Shown here piece after piece: positions 12,780 through 25,862 of a stretch of 64,000 nucleotides of DNA (positions within the stretch are counted from its first letter, which is position 1; every line of letters begins with the position of its first letter). The position numbers and the translations under genes are program-made. Source of the DNA: Octopus vulgaris. Its lineage: Eukaryota. The DNA is taken from positions 91,326,001 to 91,390,000 of the forward strand of contig OX597821.1 of assembly GCA_951406725.2 (NCBI GenBank). Reading direction: 5' to 3'. The notes below the pieces were generated by a model. That model did no database searches and was not told the origin of the DNA. It saw only the letters and a list, made by a program, of their open reading frames with translations.

Positions 12780-13900
12780 AGTGTCACTGTTTACTTTGTA
12801 AATTTTCGATAGGTATTAGTCCAATTAGTTAGATCTTTAAATTTTAAGCTGACATGGGATGGTGTAATATGACTATTTTCGCACTACAAAAACTGTAGAT
12901 TCTATTTTGCGCATATGTTCTTGCAGTGTCTATGATCTTAAATTCATGTTATATCTGGTATTCAGAAGGTTTTTTAGCAGTCTTATTTATTTGTACGTGT
13001 CGGTGTTCACTCTGATATTAAATTTCCGAGAGAAGTGTGTGTTAATAGATTTTTCATTTAAAAGTGTTTCTGTTAAGCAAGAGTGAGACTTCGTTGATTT
13101 TTTTCATCAGTTAAGATAACACGGTATACTGTTGATTTTTCGAGGCATAGACGACTGAGCGGTAATTTGTGAAATCGATAGAGTTGCATGTTGGTGTCCT
13201 TAGTGCCAAATAGTTTTTTGGCGTTGATAGTTATTTGTGTAGCAAAGTAGAGTTTGCAGCTATAAGTAAGTTTAATGTTGTTTCTGTTGAATATTTGAAG
13301 CCTATGATTATCGGCGAAGTGTCTTTGTATCAGACTGAAAATTTGAAAGCAAGGTTTGATTGTTCAAAAAACAAAATGCACGCTAGTATTTTGTTTGTGT
13401 CCTTGAAAGTGGTTGTGTTGCTGGATTTTACCACTTAAGCTAATTAGCAGGGCATTTCTATGCCAGATTGTGGCATAGAAATAGCCTATTCAAAGCAGAC
13501 CGAGAATATGTAAGCATAGACATATAAACTTAACTAGTTCCCTGATGAGGGATGACCGATGGCTGATGATTTTGTTAATGTATAGTAGTCGTTCATTGGA
13601 TTATCTACGATTTGTATGACCCCAAGGAAATTAACTGTATTTAGGTTTGCGTCAAGAGTGATTTTTGGTTTAGATTTTTTTTTAGATGTTGGTGAGATGC
13701 TTCTTGATATTATCCAATTTGCCACCGTTCATATTTTTCTTATTATGAGCTAATAATCTTTATATGGACAACATTTCACGCTGTTGAGTTGTATAAGGAA
13801 TCAGCATCATTTGTGGAAGTTTTGACTTCATACATATCAGTTGAGATTTTGGACCTCATTAGGTAGGTGCAATGAGTGATAAATTTTACATTGTCATCAC
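12780..13900 (-). mobile_element. Decayed Penelope-like element ORF remnant
   Basis: ORF 13534-13725 contains KITLDANLNTVNFL, resembling the PLE RT-7 motif KITIEANLKxVNFLD; the rest is heavily degraded. Confidence 0.5.
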
Positions 13901-13949
13901 TATGGTTTTGACAAGCAATCCTCTAGTTTGACCAGATGAGTTCAATTCA

Positions 13950-14290
13950 GACATGCTCTACGTAAAGGACACCACAACGTCTCACCTACAAGCATGTTCT
14001 TTCTTCACTGTCTTTTCTACTGCTACAACAGTGACCTCTGCTTTTCAGAGCTCAGTGGTCATTCCACCTGTAGTTAGGACTTTCCTACTCACTTCCTCTT
14101 TTGCGTTTTTCACCTATATTTTGTCTACTACCCTCTTCAGGTTCTACGCTAATTAATTCCTCAGTCTCTTCTTACCTGAGTACATCCCTCTAGAATTGCA
14201 TCCTTTTCCGTGAGTTTTCTACAGCTATCCACTTCCAGTTCTTAATTAAAATTAATATAACCCACATTAATTTCACTGGTTATGGAGAGG
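13950..14290 (+). mobile_element. Decayed L2/CR1-group LINE 3' end
   Basis: tgt ctt ttc tac tgc tac aac agt gac ctc tgc ttt tca gag ctc = CLFYCYNSDLCFSEL, like the LFYRYY.G.CSSEL C-terminal motif of this LINE group. Confidence 0.55.
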
Positions 14291-14719
14291 TTTGACAACT
14301 ATTGAACAACATTTTCCTCCTGATCAAATCTACCAAAACACACATCCTACCCGTTATCCAATGCAGTTCAATTCTTTTCAAATAACCACAGTCATTTAGC
14401 TGCTATTTTTAGCATGTCACATAACTACATAGTTGCTTCTACATTATTTTAGCTCGGTGTTCTGTTAGGAGTAAGATTTTTACCTCATCTGCATCACATT
14501 GTGAAAATAGAAGATAAATATACCATCTACATAAACCCTTGTGAGTTAGCTTGGCAGAATAATAGTGTTCACAGCCAACTAGTTTTTATAGATTTTATGT
14601 TTCCTCTTTTCTGTCTGTTCCAAGTTCAAATCCTCCCCAGGGTGACTTTGAAAATTTTTTTCACCTATGTCTGCTCAGTTAATTACTTGTAAAATACTGA
14701 ATTAATTACCAAACCTAAT

Positions 14720-14756
<37 letters not shown>

Positions 14757-14996
14757 CTGTCTCTCTCTCTCAAATTTAATTTATATTTAATTATTACCTC
14801 AATCATGACTGTTACCATCACCGCGTTTCACTTACTCCATCACCTTCACCAGACAAAACACAGCTTCTATTCAATTTACCTCCTCACATCACCATATGTT
14901 TCTCTCGTACAGATGTTAAGTTCATCAAAGTGCACTATTTTCTATCATGCAATCAGCCAAAGTCAAAGAATACTTCAGTCTTGTATGGCATCTTAT

Positions 14997-15105
14997 AACA
15001 ACAACAACAACAACAACAACAACAGCAGCAACAACAACAAATATCACGACTTTTACATCTACTAATAATACCTCTGTTGTCGCCACAAACACCACCGCTG
15101 CCATC

Positions 15106-15154
<49 letters not shown>

Positions 15155-15230
15155 ACAACAACAACAGCAACAACTATATTGCTATCATCATCATCATCAC
15201 CTCCAGCACCACCACAATCATCACCATCAC

Positions 15231-15262
<32 letters not shown>

Positions 15263-15447
15263 CCATCATCATCACCATCATCATCATCATCATCATCACC
15301 ATCACCATCATCACCATCACCATCACCATCATCAGCATCATCATCATCATCATCATCATCATCACCACCACCACCATCACCATCATCATCATCACCATCA
15401 CCATCATCACCATCATCATCATCATCATCATCGTCATCATCATCACT
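14997..15447. repeat. (CAA)n/(CAC)n/(CAT)n trinucleotide array
   Basis: Direct reading; source of the poly-I/S/D/M ORFs. Confidence 0.95.
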
Positions 15448-15575
15448 GTTGCAGCATTTTTCTGACACTGTTCTTAGCTCAAATTCTGCCAAGTTCAACT
15501 TAAGTTTTCATCCTTCTGGGGTAGATATAAAACACTACCTGTCAAATACTTGAGTTAATATATCGAATTACTCTC

Positions 15576-15617
<42 letters not shown>

Positions 15618-15669
15618 TCATCAAACTTTCTGGCATGAACCTAAATTCGATACCGCTGTTATTAATAAA

Positions 15670-15827
15670 AGTAGTGAACTGGCGGAATTGTTAACTCATC
15701 GGAGAAAACGCTTAGCGACATTTTGCCTGTCTTTGTGTTCAGAGCTCAAATCACGTCAAAGTCAGCTTTGCCGTTCATTCTTTCAAGGTCGATAAAATAA
15801 GAACCAGTTGAGTGCAGAGGTCGATGT
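15670..15827 (+). mobile_element. SINE family B, interrupted by a family C SINE
   Basis: gtcagctttgccgttcattctttcaaggtcgataaaataag core; resumes after 16227. Confidence 0.75.
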
Positions 15828-16226
15828 TTTTTTTTTTTGGAAGCACTCCGTCGGTTACGACGATGAGGGTTCCGGTTGATCCGAATCAACGGAACAGCCT
15901 GCTAGGGAAATTAACGTGTAAGTGGCTGAGCACTCCACAGACACGTGCACCCTTAACGTAGTTCTCAGGGATATTCAGCGTGACACAGAGAGTGACAAGG
16001 CCGGCCCCTTGAAATACAGGTACAACAGAAACAGGAAGTAAGAGTGAGAGAAAGTTGTGGTGAAAGAGTACAGCAGGGATCACCACCATCCCCTGCCGGA
16101 GCGTCGTGGAGCTTTTAGGTGTTTTCGCTCAATAAACACTCACAACGCCCGGTCTGGGAATCGAAACCGCGATCCTATGACCGCGAGTCCGCTGCCCTAA
16201 CCACTGGGCCATTGCGCCTCCACATA
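15828..16226 (-). mobile_element. SINE family C (tRNA-derived head, probably tRNA-Arg/OR-type; tail type 1)
   Basis: Head ggcgcaatggcccagtggttagggcagcggactcgc...ggtttcgattccc with A and B boxes; 13-bp TSD cagaggtcgatgt (15815-15827 / 16227-16239). Confidence 0.92.
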
Positions 16227-16414
16227 CAGAGGTCGATGTACCGAGTTGAATCAAACGTTTTTTTTTCGAATTTCGAGCTTTGACTTATAGTTGAAACAAA
16301 CTACGTACGAAAAGTATTTATTCATCATATTAAAAAGAATAGAATAAATGAAAGCATTTATTATATTTTAAAATTATTAAACAAATTTATTCTTCGGATT
16401 GCAAATTTCCAACA

Positions 16415-17052
16415 CATGAGGGAATGCCGAAAAGTTCCTAGCTTTGGATAAAAGAAAACACTGGAGGATCGGTTAATTATACTCTTTTACTCTCTTTTCT
16501 CTTTTACTTGTTTCAGTCATTTGAGGGCGGCCATGCTGGAGCACCGCCTTTAGTCGAGCAAATCGACCCCGGGACTTATTCTTTTGTAAGCCCAGTACTT
16601 ATTCTATCGGTCCCTTTTGCCGAACCGCTAAGTGACGGGGACGTAAACACACCAGCATCGGTTGTCAAGCAATGCTAGGGAGACAAACACAGACACACAA
16701 ACACACATACATATATATATATACACATATACGACAGGCTTCTTTCAGTTTCTGTCTACCAAATCTACTCACAAGGCTTTGGTCAGCCCGAGGCTATAGT
16801 AGAACACACTTGCCCAAGATGCCACGCAGTGGGACTGAACCCGGAACAATGTGGTTGATTAGCAAGCTACTTACCACACAGTCACTCCTGCGCCTTTTGA
16901 TCTTATTCAACGTATTTCCCTCTCAGATTCACTCACTTATTGCAGTGGTCCTTCAGTTTTTCTAAGCCCTGTAAAAGAATTTGGAAGGTTGGGCCTTCAA
17001 CCAGACCTTCTGCAACACCCTTAAGCCAGGAATTTTTCAACATCCCCTCGCA
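16415..17052. mobile_element. Mariner-type MITE (~210 bp) split by a SINE A
   Basis: Imperfect TIRs gagggaatgccgaaaagttcctagctt / aagccaggaatttttcaacatcccctc; uninterrupted sister copy at 33027-33232. Confidence 0.8.
16481..16894 (-). mobile_element. SINE family A, full length
   Basis: Reverse complement of 8969-9365. Confidence 0.92.
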
Positions 17053-17249
17053 TACACCAACATTACGTATGCAAACTGTAAAGTTCTAAAAATGCATGTT
17101 TTAGCTAATTTTCAATTATTCCTTGAAACACATCATTTGGAGAATGAAGTTCCTTTAAAAAAAAGAAGAAACAAACAAAACAATAGTCTTTACGTAGTTC
17201 AGTAAAACAGTTGAAATAAGGACTGATGTTTTAAAAATGAATAAACATA

Positions 17250-17645
17250 GGTGCAGGCGTGGCTCTGTAGTAAGAAGCTTGCTTCCAACCAAATAGTTCC
17301 AGGTTCAGCTTCACTGCATGGCACCTTAGGCAAGTGTCTTCTGCTATAGCGTCAAGCCGATAGATGCCTTGTGAGTGGATTCGGTAGACGGAAAGTGAAA
17401 GAAGCCCACCGTATAGATATATGTAAATATCTATGTGTTAGTTTTTGTGTCTGCGTCTGTCCTCATATCGCCATCGCTTGACAATTGATATTGGTGAGTC
17501 TATATTCCCGTTCGGCAAAAAAAACAAAAAAACAGCGATAGAATATGTACTAAGCTTACAAAATATAAGTCCTGGGGTCGATTTCTTCGACTAAAAAAAA
17601 AACACTTGAAGGCAGTGCTCCAGTATGACCACAATCAAATGACTC
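17250..17645 (+). mobile_element. SINE family A, older/diverged copy
   Basis: Homology to the family consensus. Confidence 0.85.
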
Positions 17646-17757
17646 TTTATGTACGTATATATATATATGTATGTATGTGTGTATGTATGTATGTATGTAT
17701 GTATGTATGTATATATGTATGTATGTACGTATGTATGTATGTATGTATGTATATATA

Positions 17758-17975
<218 letters not shown>

Positions 17976-17979
17976 TATA

Positions 17980-18152
17980 ACGGGAAGCTTTACGAAAATA
18001 AACAAAAGACAAAGGCAGGTGGAGTACAAACAAACAATTGTATTAGTATGGCGCTCAGGAATAGAAATAAAACAAGTCTTTTACGTTTCGAGCCTATGCT
18101 CTTCAACGTAAAGATACACAGAAAAGAAACACGGAGAGAAACAAGGAGAAAA
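17980..18152 (-). mobile_element. Penelope-type terminal repeat (family 2-related) with decayed hammerhead at 18077-18114
   Basis: Minus: UCUUU-acguuga-a-GAGC-auag-GCUC-GAAAC-GUA-AAAGA; shares gcgctcaggaa with 28615 and 29615. Confidence 0.65.
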
Positions 18153-18524
18153 AATATATATATATACACACGCATAGCAAAACTTTAGATTCAGATAAAT
18201 ATGGTATTTAAGTTGAGGCACCAGAATTTAAATTGATGGAATGATTGCATTGTTCAATTAAATGGAGTTTCTTGAAACTGGATAGCCTTGTAGCTTATTT
18301 TGACTATAATATACACACACATATATACAAAGTATGGGGGATGTAGTTCACAGGTGATCTAGACGACTAGGTACGCTAGATAACGGATTACCATGGCTCC
18401 AAGGTTATAGCCAAGACGGAATATCTCATACTCTGGGATATCCCAGAAACAGCTTCAAGACTGAACTTTTCCAACAATAATAGCGTGTCTCACCTTAACG
18501 TTTTTTGTCCTCTTTATATATATA

Positions 18525-18903
18525 CTAGCAGTATCGCCCGGCGTTGCTCAGGTTTGTAAGGGAAATAACTATAAAGCATTTTTAGAGAGTTATAGCCAAA
18601 AAATAGCAAAAAAGTGGAAAAAAATGATGGTAAATTTTTTTTTGAGATTTAAAAAAGGTGGAGTTGCGTCCCCTAGACAGTTTGTGGTTCGTGTTTCTGA
18701 TTCTCGACCCCATGTCGAATTTATCGATTTTTTTCAGAACTGGGGGAACTTTTCAAAATTTTCGCTGCGTTAGTTTTGAATTATGACATTGGGCTATGTG
18801 TGTGTCAAGTTTCATCAGAATCGGTTGAAAGCCATGGTCAGGGTGAGGGTACAAGCAAACAGACACACAGAAACACGCACAGACAAACTGCCGTTTATAT
18901 AGA
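18525..18903 (-). mobile_element. Non-autonomous Helitron-like element
   Basis: Minus strand starts A|TCtatataaacggc and ends with GC hairpin cctgagcaacgccggg then ...CTAG|T; lies in (AT)n with no TSD. Confidence 0.8.
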
Positions 18904-19042
18904 TATATATATATATATATATGCTCATGAATTCTGGGACTTGACTGAGGTAAGAAGGTCACGAATGACCCGTCTTTTATTTGCCTGTCCGAATATTTTA
19001 TTGTACTCTATTGCGTTTTTGTTCCATTTATATATTGCTGAG

Positions 19043-19368
19043 ACCCCTTTTGGTCATGACTGACCATGAGATTGCACCTACGAAGTTACCATCCTAGGCA
19101 CAAGTCCGAGCAAGGTTGTTTTATGGAAGACCAGCAGTCGCCCATGCATACCGGCCTCCGCTCTCGACACCACCAGTGTTATCCAAGGGAAAGGCAAAGG
19201 GGCCGATATAGCTTGGCACCTGTGATGACGCAACTCACTTCTACAGCTGAGTGAACTGGAGCAACGTGAAATAAAGTGTCTTGCTCAAGAACACAACACG
19301 CAGCTCGGTCCGGGATTCGGACTCACAACCTCGCAATCGTAAGCTCGATGCTCTAACCACTGAGCCAT
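19043..19368 (-). mobile_element. SINE family D (tRNA head + CORE-like tgttcttgagcaagacacttta domain)
   Basis: A-box tggctcagtgg, B-box-like agtccgaatcc; decayed relative near 62790-62920. Confidence 0.8.
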
Positions 19369-19401
19369 ATATCCCTCTATTTCTTTCTGTTCGTCTGACT
19401 C

Positions 19402-19434
<33 letters not shown>

Positions 19435-19717
19435 TTCACTTCCTCACTCTCAGACAAACAAACATATATACAGACATATTCATGCATACACTAATATTTT
19501 CTCAACTAGAGAATGAAACATGCTCAGTGTAAGACTATTTATTAAAACAAGTGGCTCGTATCTATTTTTTTCTTTTATATAATAACTCAAACAAGGATAA
19601 ATAAAGCAATTAGCTAAACGAGTCGACCGTTTTTATACTGGATCCAGTCTTACAATGTTTTTTGCCACAAAAGTAAACAAACAGAAAAGAAGGCCAAAAA
19701 AATCACTAAAATGAGTA

Positions 19718-20259
19718 AGGTGTGGTGGTGATCATGATGACGGCGATAACGACGACGACGACGACGACGCCGACGATGATAATGATGATGCTGGTGGTGG
19801 TGGTGGTGGTGGTGGTTGTGAGGGTGGTGATGATGGTGGTGGTGGGAGGCATCGGTGGACTTGGTGGTGGTAGTGGTTGGTGGTGGTGGTGGCGGTGGTG
19901 TTGGTGGCGGTGGTGTTGATGGTGGTGGTGGTGGACGCGGTGGAGGAGGTGATGGTGGTGATGCTGGTGGAGGTGGGAGGCATCGGTGGCCTTGGTGGTG
20001 GTGGTGATGATGGTGATGATGGTGGGGGTGGGGGTGGTGGTGGTTGTGATGGTGGAGGTGATGCTGGTGATGATAGTGGAGGTGGGAGGCATCGGTGGCC
20101 TTGGTGGTGGTTGGTGGCCGTGGTGGTGCTGGTGATGATGGTGATAATGGTGGTGGTGGTGATGGTCGTCGTCGTCGTGATGGTGGTGGCAGTGGATTGC
20201 GGTGGTTGTCATGGAGGATGAGAAGAAAAGAGAAAAAGAAGAAGAACAACAACAATAGC

Positions 20260-20292
<33 letters not shown>

Positions 20293-20300
20293 AACAACGA
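19718..20300. repeat. (GGT/GAT)n array with a higher-order unit (ggtgggaggcatcggtggNcttggtggtgg x3), then (GAA)n and (AAC)n
   Basis: Units at about 19840, 19972 and 20081. Confidence 0.9.
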
Positions 20301-20504
20301 GAGCCAAAGGAAGAACAAGCTAAAGAAGAAAATTGAAATTAGAAACTAAACGCTGAACTGTGCTGCTAGATGAAGCTATGGACCCAGATGGTAGTGATTG
20401 TCTTTTATCTATTTAGCAAAAACAAAAGTGTGAAATTCTTCAAGTGAAGCGAATGATGAGCTGCGGCGGAAACCCAAAATATCTGGAATGTTTTGATACT
20501 TGCA

Positions 20505-21300
20505 GTACCACCTTCACCTCCGCCGCCGCCACTACTATCACCATCACCACTGCCAACACCACCACCGCCACCGTCACCATCACCGCCACCATCACCTCCA
20601 GTACAACTACCACCACCACCACCACCACCACCACAACCACTGCCGCCGCCGCCGCCACCAGTAACATCAACACCGTTACCATCACCATTATCACCACCAT
20701 CACAACCACTACCACCACCACCACCACCACCATCATCATCATTGCCATCACCACCATCACCTCCAGCACCCCCACCACTATCACCGCCACCACCGCCACC
20801 ATCGCCATCACCTCCAGCACAACTGCAACCATCATCATCACCGCCACCACCACCACCACCACAACCACTGCCGCCGCCGCCGCCACCACTAGTAGCATCA
20901 ACACCGTTACCATCACCATCATCACCACCATCACAACCACTACCACCACCACCACCATCATCGCCACCATCACCTCCATCACCTCCAGCACAACTGCAAC
21001 CATCACCATCACCACGACCACGACCACAACCACGACCACAACCACCACCACAACCACCACCACAACCACCACCACAACCACCACCACTAGTAGCATCAAC
21101 ACCGTTACCATCACCATCATCACCACCATCACAACCACTACCACCACCACCATCATCATCATTGCCACTACCACCATCACCGCCGTCTACATCACCACTA
21201 CCGTCATTGTCACTATTGCTATAATCACGATCTCTACCATCACCACCACCGCCGCCAGTACCATCACGGCGTTATCACCACTACCACCATCAATGCTAGC
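20505..21300. repeat. (ACC/ATC)n array with a higher-order unit (agtagcatcaacaccgttaccatcacc x3)
   Basis: Units at about 20660, 20891 and 21088. Confidence 0.9.
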
Positions 21301-21371
21301 ACCGGAACTACCAACACCTCTGCGTCTTCTACCAGCTCATGGTTGCGGTGCTGAGGTCTGACAGAAGGCAC

Positions 21372-22820
21372 TTAAAGAAAACAAGACAAGGAAACAAAAG
21401 AGAAAAGGAAAACAACACAAGAGAGAATAAGAAAAGATGGTAATGAAAGAGAGCAAGAGAAAAGAGAGAGAGAGAGAGAGAGGAATAAAGAGAGAGAGAT
21501 TGAGAGAACGAGAGAGACGATGTGAGAAAGAGAGAGTGAATGTGAGAAAGAGAGAGACAATGTGAGAAAGAGAGAGACAATGGGAGAAAGAGAGAGACAA
21601 TGGGAGAAAGAGATAGAGAGAATGTGAGAAAGAGAGAGACAATGTGAGAACGAGAGAGAGAATGTAAGAAAGAGAGAGAGAGAATGTGATAAAGAGTGAG
21701 AGAAGGTGATAAAAAGAGAGACAATGTGAGAAAGAGAGAGACAATGTGAGAAAGAGAGAGACAATATGAGAAAGAGAGAGAGAGAATGTGAGAAAGAGAG
21801 AGAGCGAATGTGAGAAAGAGAGAGAGAGAGAAAAGTAGGAGAGTAAGGAAAATTGTCAGAACAGAGTGAAAGAGAAAGCTACAGAAAATTTGAGAAAAAA
21901 CTAAAATTTACTGAGAAAGAAAGAGAAGAGACAGAGTAAAAAAATATGAAACAAAAATCTGTCTGCAAAATAAAAAGAAGCAAAAAAGAAAAGATGTTGT
22001 AAAATTAGAGTTTTGTAGCAGACAAGTTCTTTCTGCTCCCTGTTAACGAAATATTTTCTACACACATTGTACTATGGCTTCATTCTATATCATCATCATT
22101 GGACAAGAGGTGCCAGTATTATTGCTGATGTGATTGTTGTTGCAGTTCACATTTTGATTTTGTTTTGTTTAGTTCTCTCTCTCTCTTTCTCACATTCTCT
22201 CTTTCTCTTTTTCACATTCTCTCTCTCTTTCTCCCATTGTCTCTCTCTTTCTTTCTCACATTCTCTCTCTCTTTCTCCCATTGTCTCTCTCTCTCTCTTT
22301 CTCACATTCCCTCTATCTCTCTTTCTCACATTCTCTCTCTCTTTCTCACATTCTCTCTCTCTTTCTCACATTGTCTCTCTCTTTCACCCATTGTCTCTCT
22401 CTTTCTCCCATTGTCTCTCTCTTTCTCACACCGTCTCTCTCTTTCTCACATTCTCTCTCTCTTTCTCCCATTGTCTCTCTCTTTCTCACATTCTCTCTCT
22501 CTTTCTCACATACTCTCTCTCTTTCTCACATTCTCTCTCTCTTTCTCCCATTGTCTCTCTCTTTCTCTGATTGTCTCTCTCTTTCACCCATTGTCTCTCT
22601 CTTTCTCCCATTGTCTCTCTCTTTCTCACACCGTCTCTCTCTTTCTCACATTCTCTTTCTCTTTCTCCCATTGTCTCTCTCTCTCTTTCTCACATTGTCT
22701 CTCTCTCTTTATTCCTCTCTCTCTCTCTTTCTCTTGCTCTCTTTCATTACCATCTTTTCTTATTCTCTCTTGTGTTGTTTTCCTTTTCCTTTTCTCTTTT
22801 GTTTCCTTGTCTTCTTTAAA
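21372..22820. repeat. Large inverted duplication containing a 20-bp minisatellite (aatgtgagaaagagagagac)
   Basis: Arm 1 at 21372-21830, arm 2 at 22175-22820; the non-minisatellite outer ~110 bp are reverse complements of each other. Confidence 0.9.
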
Positions 22821-23560
22821 TGGTTTTTATTGTTGGTGTGGCTGATGCTGTTGCTGCTGCTGCTGTTGTTGTTGTTGTTGTTGTTGTTAAGCTGTCGAGA
22901 ATGATTCCAACAAGACGGAAGAGAACAGATAGAACAAACAAACAATATAATCGGCAATGGCATTTTAGCTGTAACCAGAAACAAGCGTCAACACTCGAAA
23001 TAACTCCAGATTAATATATATATATGTGTATATATATGTGTGTGTGTGCATGTGTGTATGTGTGTAAATATATATATATATATACATATAGATGTACGTC
23101 TATGTACACATATATACATAGAGAGATAATGCAGGCAGTAAGACTATAATAAGTAGAAGAAAGGGTAAATATAGTAAGTACACAATAACGATGAAAAGAA
23201 GAATTAAGCAGGCACAGACACAAAGAAGGGACGCAAGCTCTGCCCCACCCACCAAAAAAAAAAAACTACAAAAAGAAGGGACAGCAAAAATACGATATTC
23301 AACATCAATAGCTACAATAGCAACAACAACAACATTAAATGATTAAATAGTGACAATAAATAGAAAATAACGAAAATGAACATGATACGAGGTTAAATTC
23401 CTGAACCCAATCATGTGTGTGTGTCTTATCACAGCCCATGTTTCCATTCATTATGTTTGAAACATGTAACAATATTTTCTCAGACAGGAAATATTTTCTT
23501 CTTTTGAAATTCTATGTTCACAGCATAACAGAACAATCTCAAATGAAATTAAAGATGGCA

Positions 23561-23624
<64 letters not shown>

Positions 23625-23782
23625 GTGTATATATATATGTGTGTGTATCTGTGTGTGTGTGTGTGTGTGCGTGTGCCTAAACATAAATTTCATATATTCA
23701 TGTGTGTGTGTGCGTACGTGCGTGTGTATGTGAGTGTGTCTGCACTTGTATAAATAATACATGTATACAAATGTGTGTATGA

Positions 23783-23822
<40 letters not shown>

Positions 23823-23867
23823 TTCAGTGTTAATTTAAGACTACTATTTCAGGATATTTTAAGACGA

Positions 23868-23892
23868 TAATAACAACAACAACAACAACAGC

Positions 23893-23945
<53 letters not shown>

Positions 23946-24100
23946 TAATAATGATAATAATGATAATAATAATAATAATAATGATGATAATAATGATAAT
24001 AATGATAATAATAATAATAATGATAATAATGATAATAATAATAATAAATAATAATAATAGTAATAATAATAGTAATAATAATAATAATAATAATAATTAT

Positions 24101-24168
<68 letters not shown>

Positions 24169-24195
24169 TAATAATAATGATAATAATGATAATAA
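23868..24195. repeat. (AAT)n array with GAT/AGT interruptions
   Basis: Direct reading. Confidence 0.95.
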
Positions 24196-24965
24196 GGACC
24201 TTTATTGATGTGAAGTTTCAATACGGTATTTATTACAAAATTGTTCAGTGGGACATTAAGTTTCACCTGACGGTTTTTTTCACACAGTAAAGAAAGATGT
24301 TCTTTTGGTATTTATATTGTAAAACAGATAGAAAGCTTAATTAAATAGAAGGAAATGGTTAGGTTGTTAGCAATATTTGTTAAATTTTCAATGAAAGAAT
24401 TTTTTTCCTAAAGAAAAACAAATTCGAAATTATGTGCATTAAATCGAACAGGTGAAGAGACATAAAATAAGAAGCAATAAAAAAATATATATTTAAAATG
24501 TATAAAAGAAAGAATAAAATACAAATAAAATTTAAATAATTACTAAATAAAATGAAAATTTTTTTTAAATAATTATATAATGTTACAGATGCATTAAAAA
24601 ACTGTAAATGGAGATAAATTGATACAAGTCAGTCGTTGGTCAAGTGTTAAAATAAACTAGGAAAGTATCAGACCTATGGATAAACTGAACTGGAACTAAT
24701 TATCACATAAAATATATTTAAAATATCCTTTAATAGAAAATTTAACAAATTTAGAATACAAACTGACCACCATTTTCTATTTATTAAAGTATCCTACCTG
24801 TTTTTGCTGGTTGAATAAACCATCAGACTCAGCTTAATGTTCCATTCAATCTGAATAGTGTTATGAATGTACATTATAATCTATATATAAATACACACTC
24901 ACACATACACACACCACTAACACACACACACACACACATATATAAATATATTATATCATATGATA

Positions 24966-25275
24966 TCTATTATATAAAATCCGTTCTGTCTGTCTGCGTG
25001 TCTTCTAGGATCTCGCGCATCCTCCATCCGATTGCGCTCATATTTGATATGTAGATACCGATGGTATCAGGGCGTGTATAAGTCTTGAAAAAAATTACAA
25101 AAATCGATTCCAGGTGAGAATGCAATTAACAAAGCCGTGGGAACGTGCGCATTTGTAAAATCGTTTTTCTCAAAGGGGCGGCCTATGGAACGGTCGGACA
25201 AGTTGTTTTGAGAAATTTTGGTTTAAATGTTTAAAAACTCAGCACCGTCCATTGGACGGGGGGTCGTTTTGCTCG
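24966..25275 (+). mobile_element. Non-autonomous Helitron-like element (short form)
   Basis: A|TC start; subterminal hairpin ccgtcca-t-tggacgg; ends CTCG|T; longer sister copy at 32088-32656. Confidence 0.72.
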
Positions 25276-25862
25276 TATATATATATATATATACATTATA
25301 AAATTAAAATAGCATTAAGCATAAAGATGCACAAGGCCTCAAAACTGTTTAGAGATAGGAGCCAAGATCCCAAATCTAGCGCCGCCTATTTTATTGTTGC
25401 TACTATTATCAATTACTTAGTTTCACCACAGATAATATTAGTAATAATAATATCTTTCTTCGAATGTAAACATTCGAATTTTTACTTATATATATATATA
25501 TATATTAAATATTCTGCATACATGAAGCATTCACATAAAGTACACGGAATCTCCCAGCAAGCCACAGGTATGAAGTTATCCAATGCATAATCAGTATTTA
25601 ATATATGTGCCACAAGTCATCCTGTAACAGCTTCACACTACTGTTGATGCACGGTGGCACATGTCATGGTTGCCATTTTAGAAATTTGATCACTGCATAC
25701 CTGTGGCTTGCTAGGAATTTCCAAGTAATATATGTGAGTATTCCATGTTTGTGTAATATATCAAATGTAATTATGTCTTTCAGTAATATTGGGATTTACA
25801 TTTTTTGTAAAATCATTTACAAATATGCACACACACATATATATATTTATATGTTATATATA

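Noticed and set aside
14925-15553. Poly-I/S/D/M ORFs
   Set aside because: Translations of the (CAT)n array
15886-16089. Recurring ORF 'MVVIPAVLFHHNFLS...' (also at 36031, 41589)
   Set aside because: Lies inside SINE family C; its conservation reflects SINE copy identity
20444-21361. 305-aa Thr-rich (mucin-like) ORF and overlapping Pro-rich and Val-rich ORFs
   Set aside because: Trinucleotide array open in several frames on both strands; no signal peptide or domain seen; cannot be supported without RNA data
21500-21830. Regularly spaced 20-bp repeats resembling a CRISPR array
   Set aside because: Head-to-tail minisatellite without unique spacers; eukaryotic context, no cas genes
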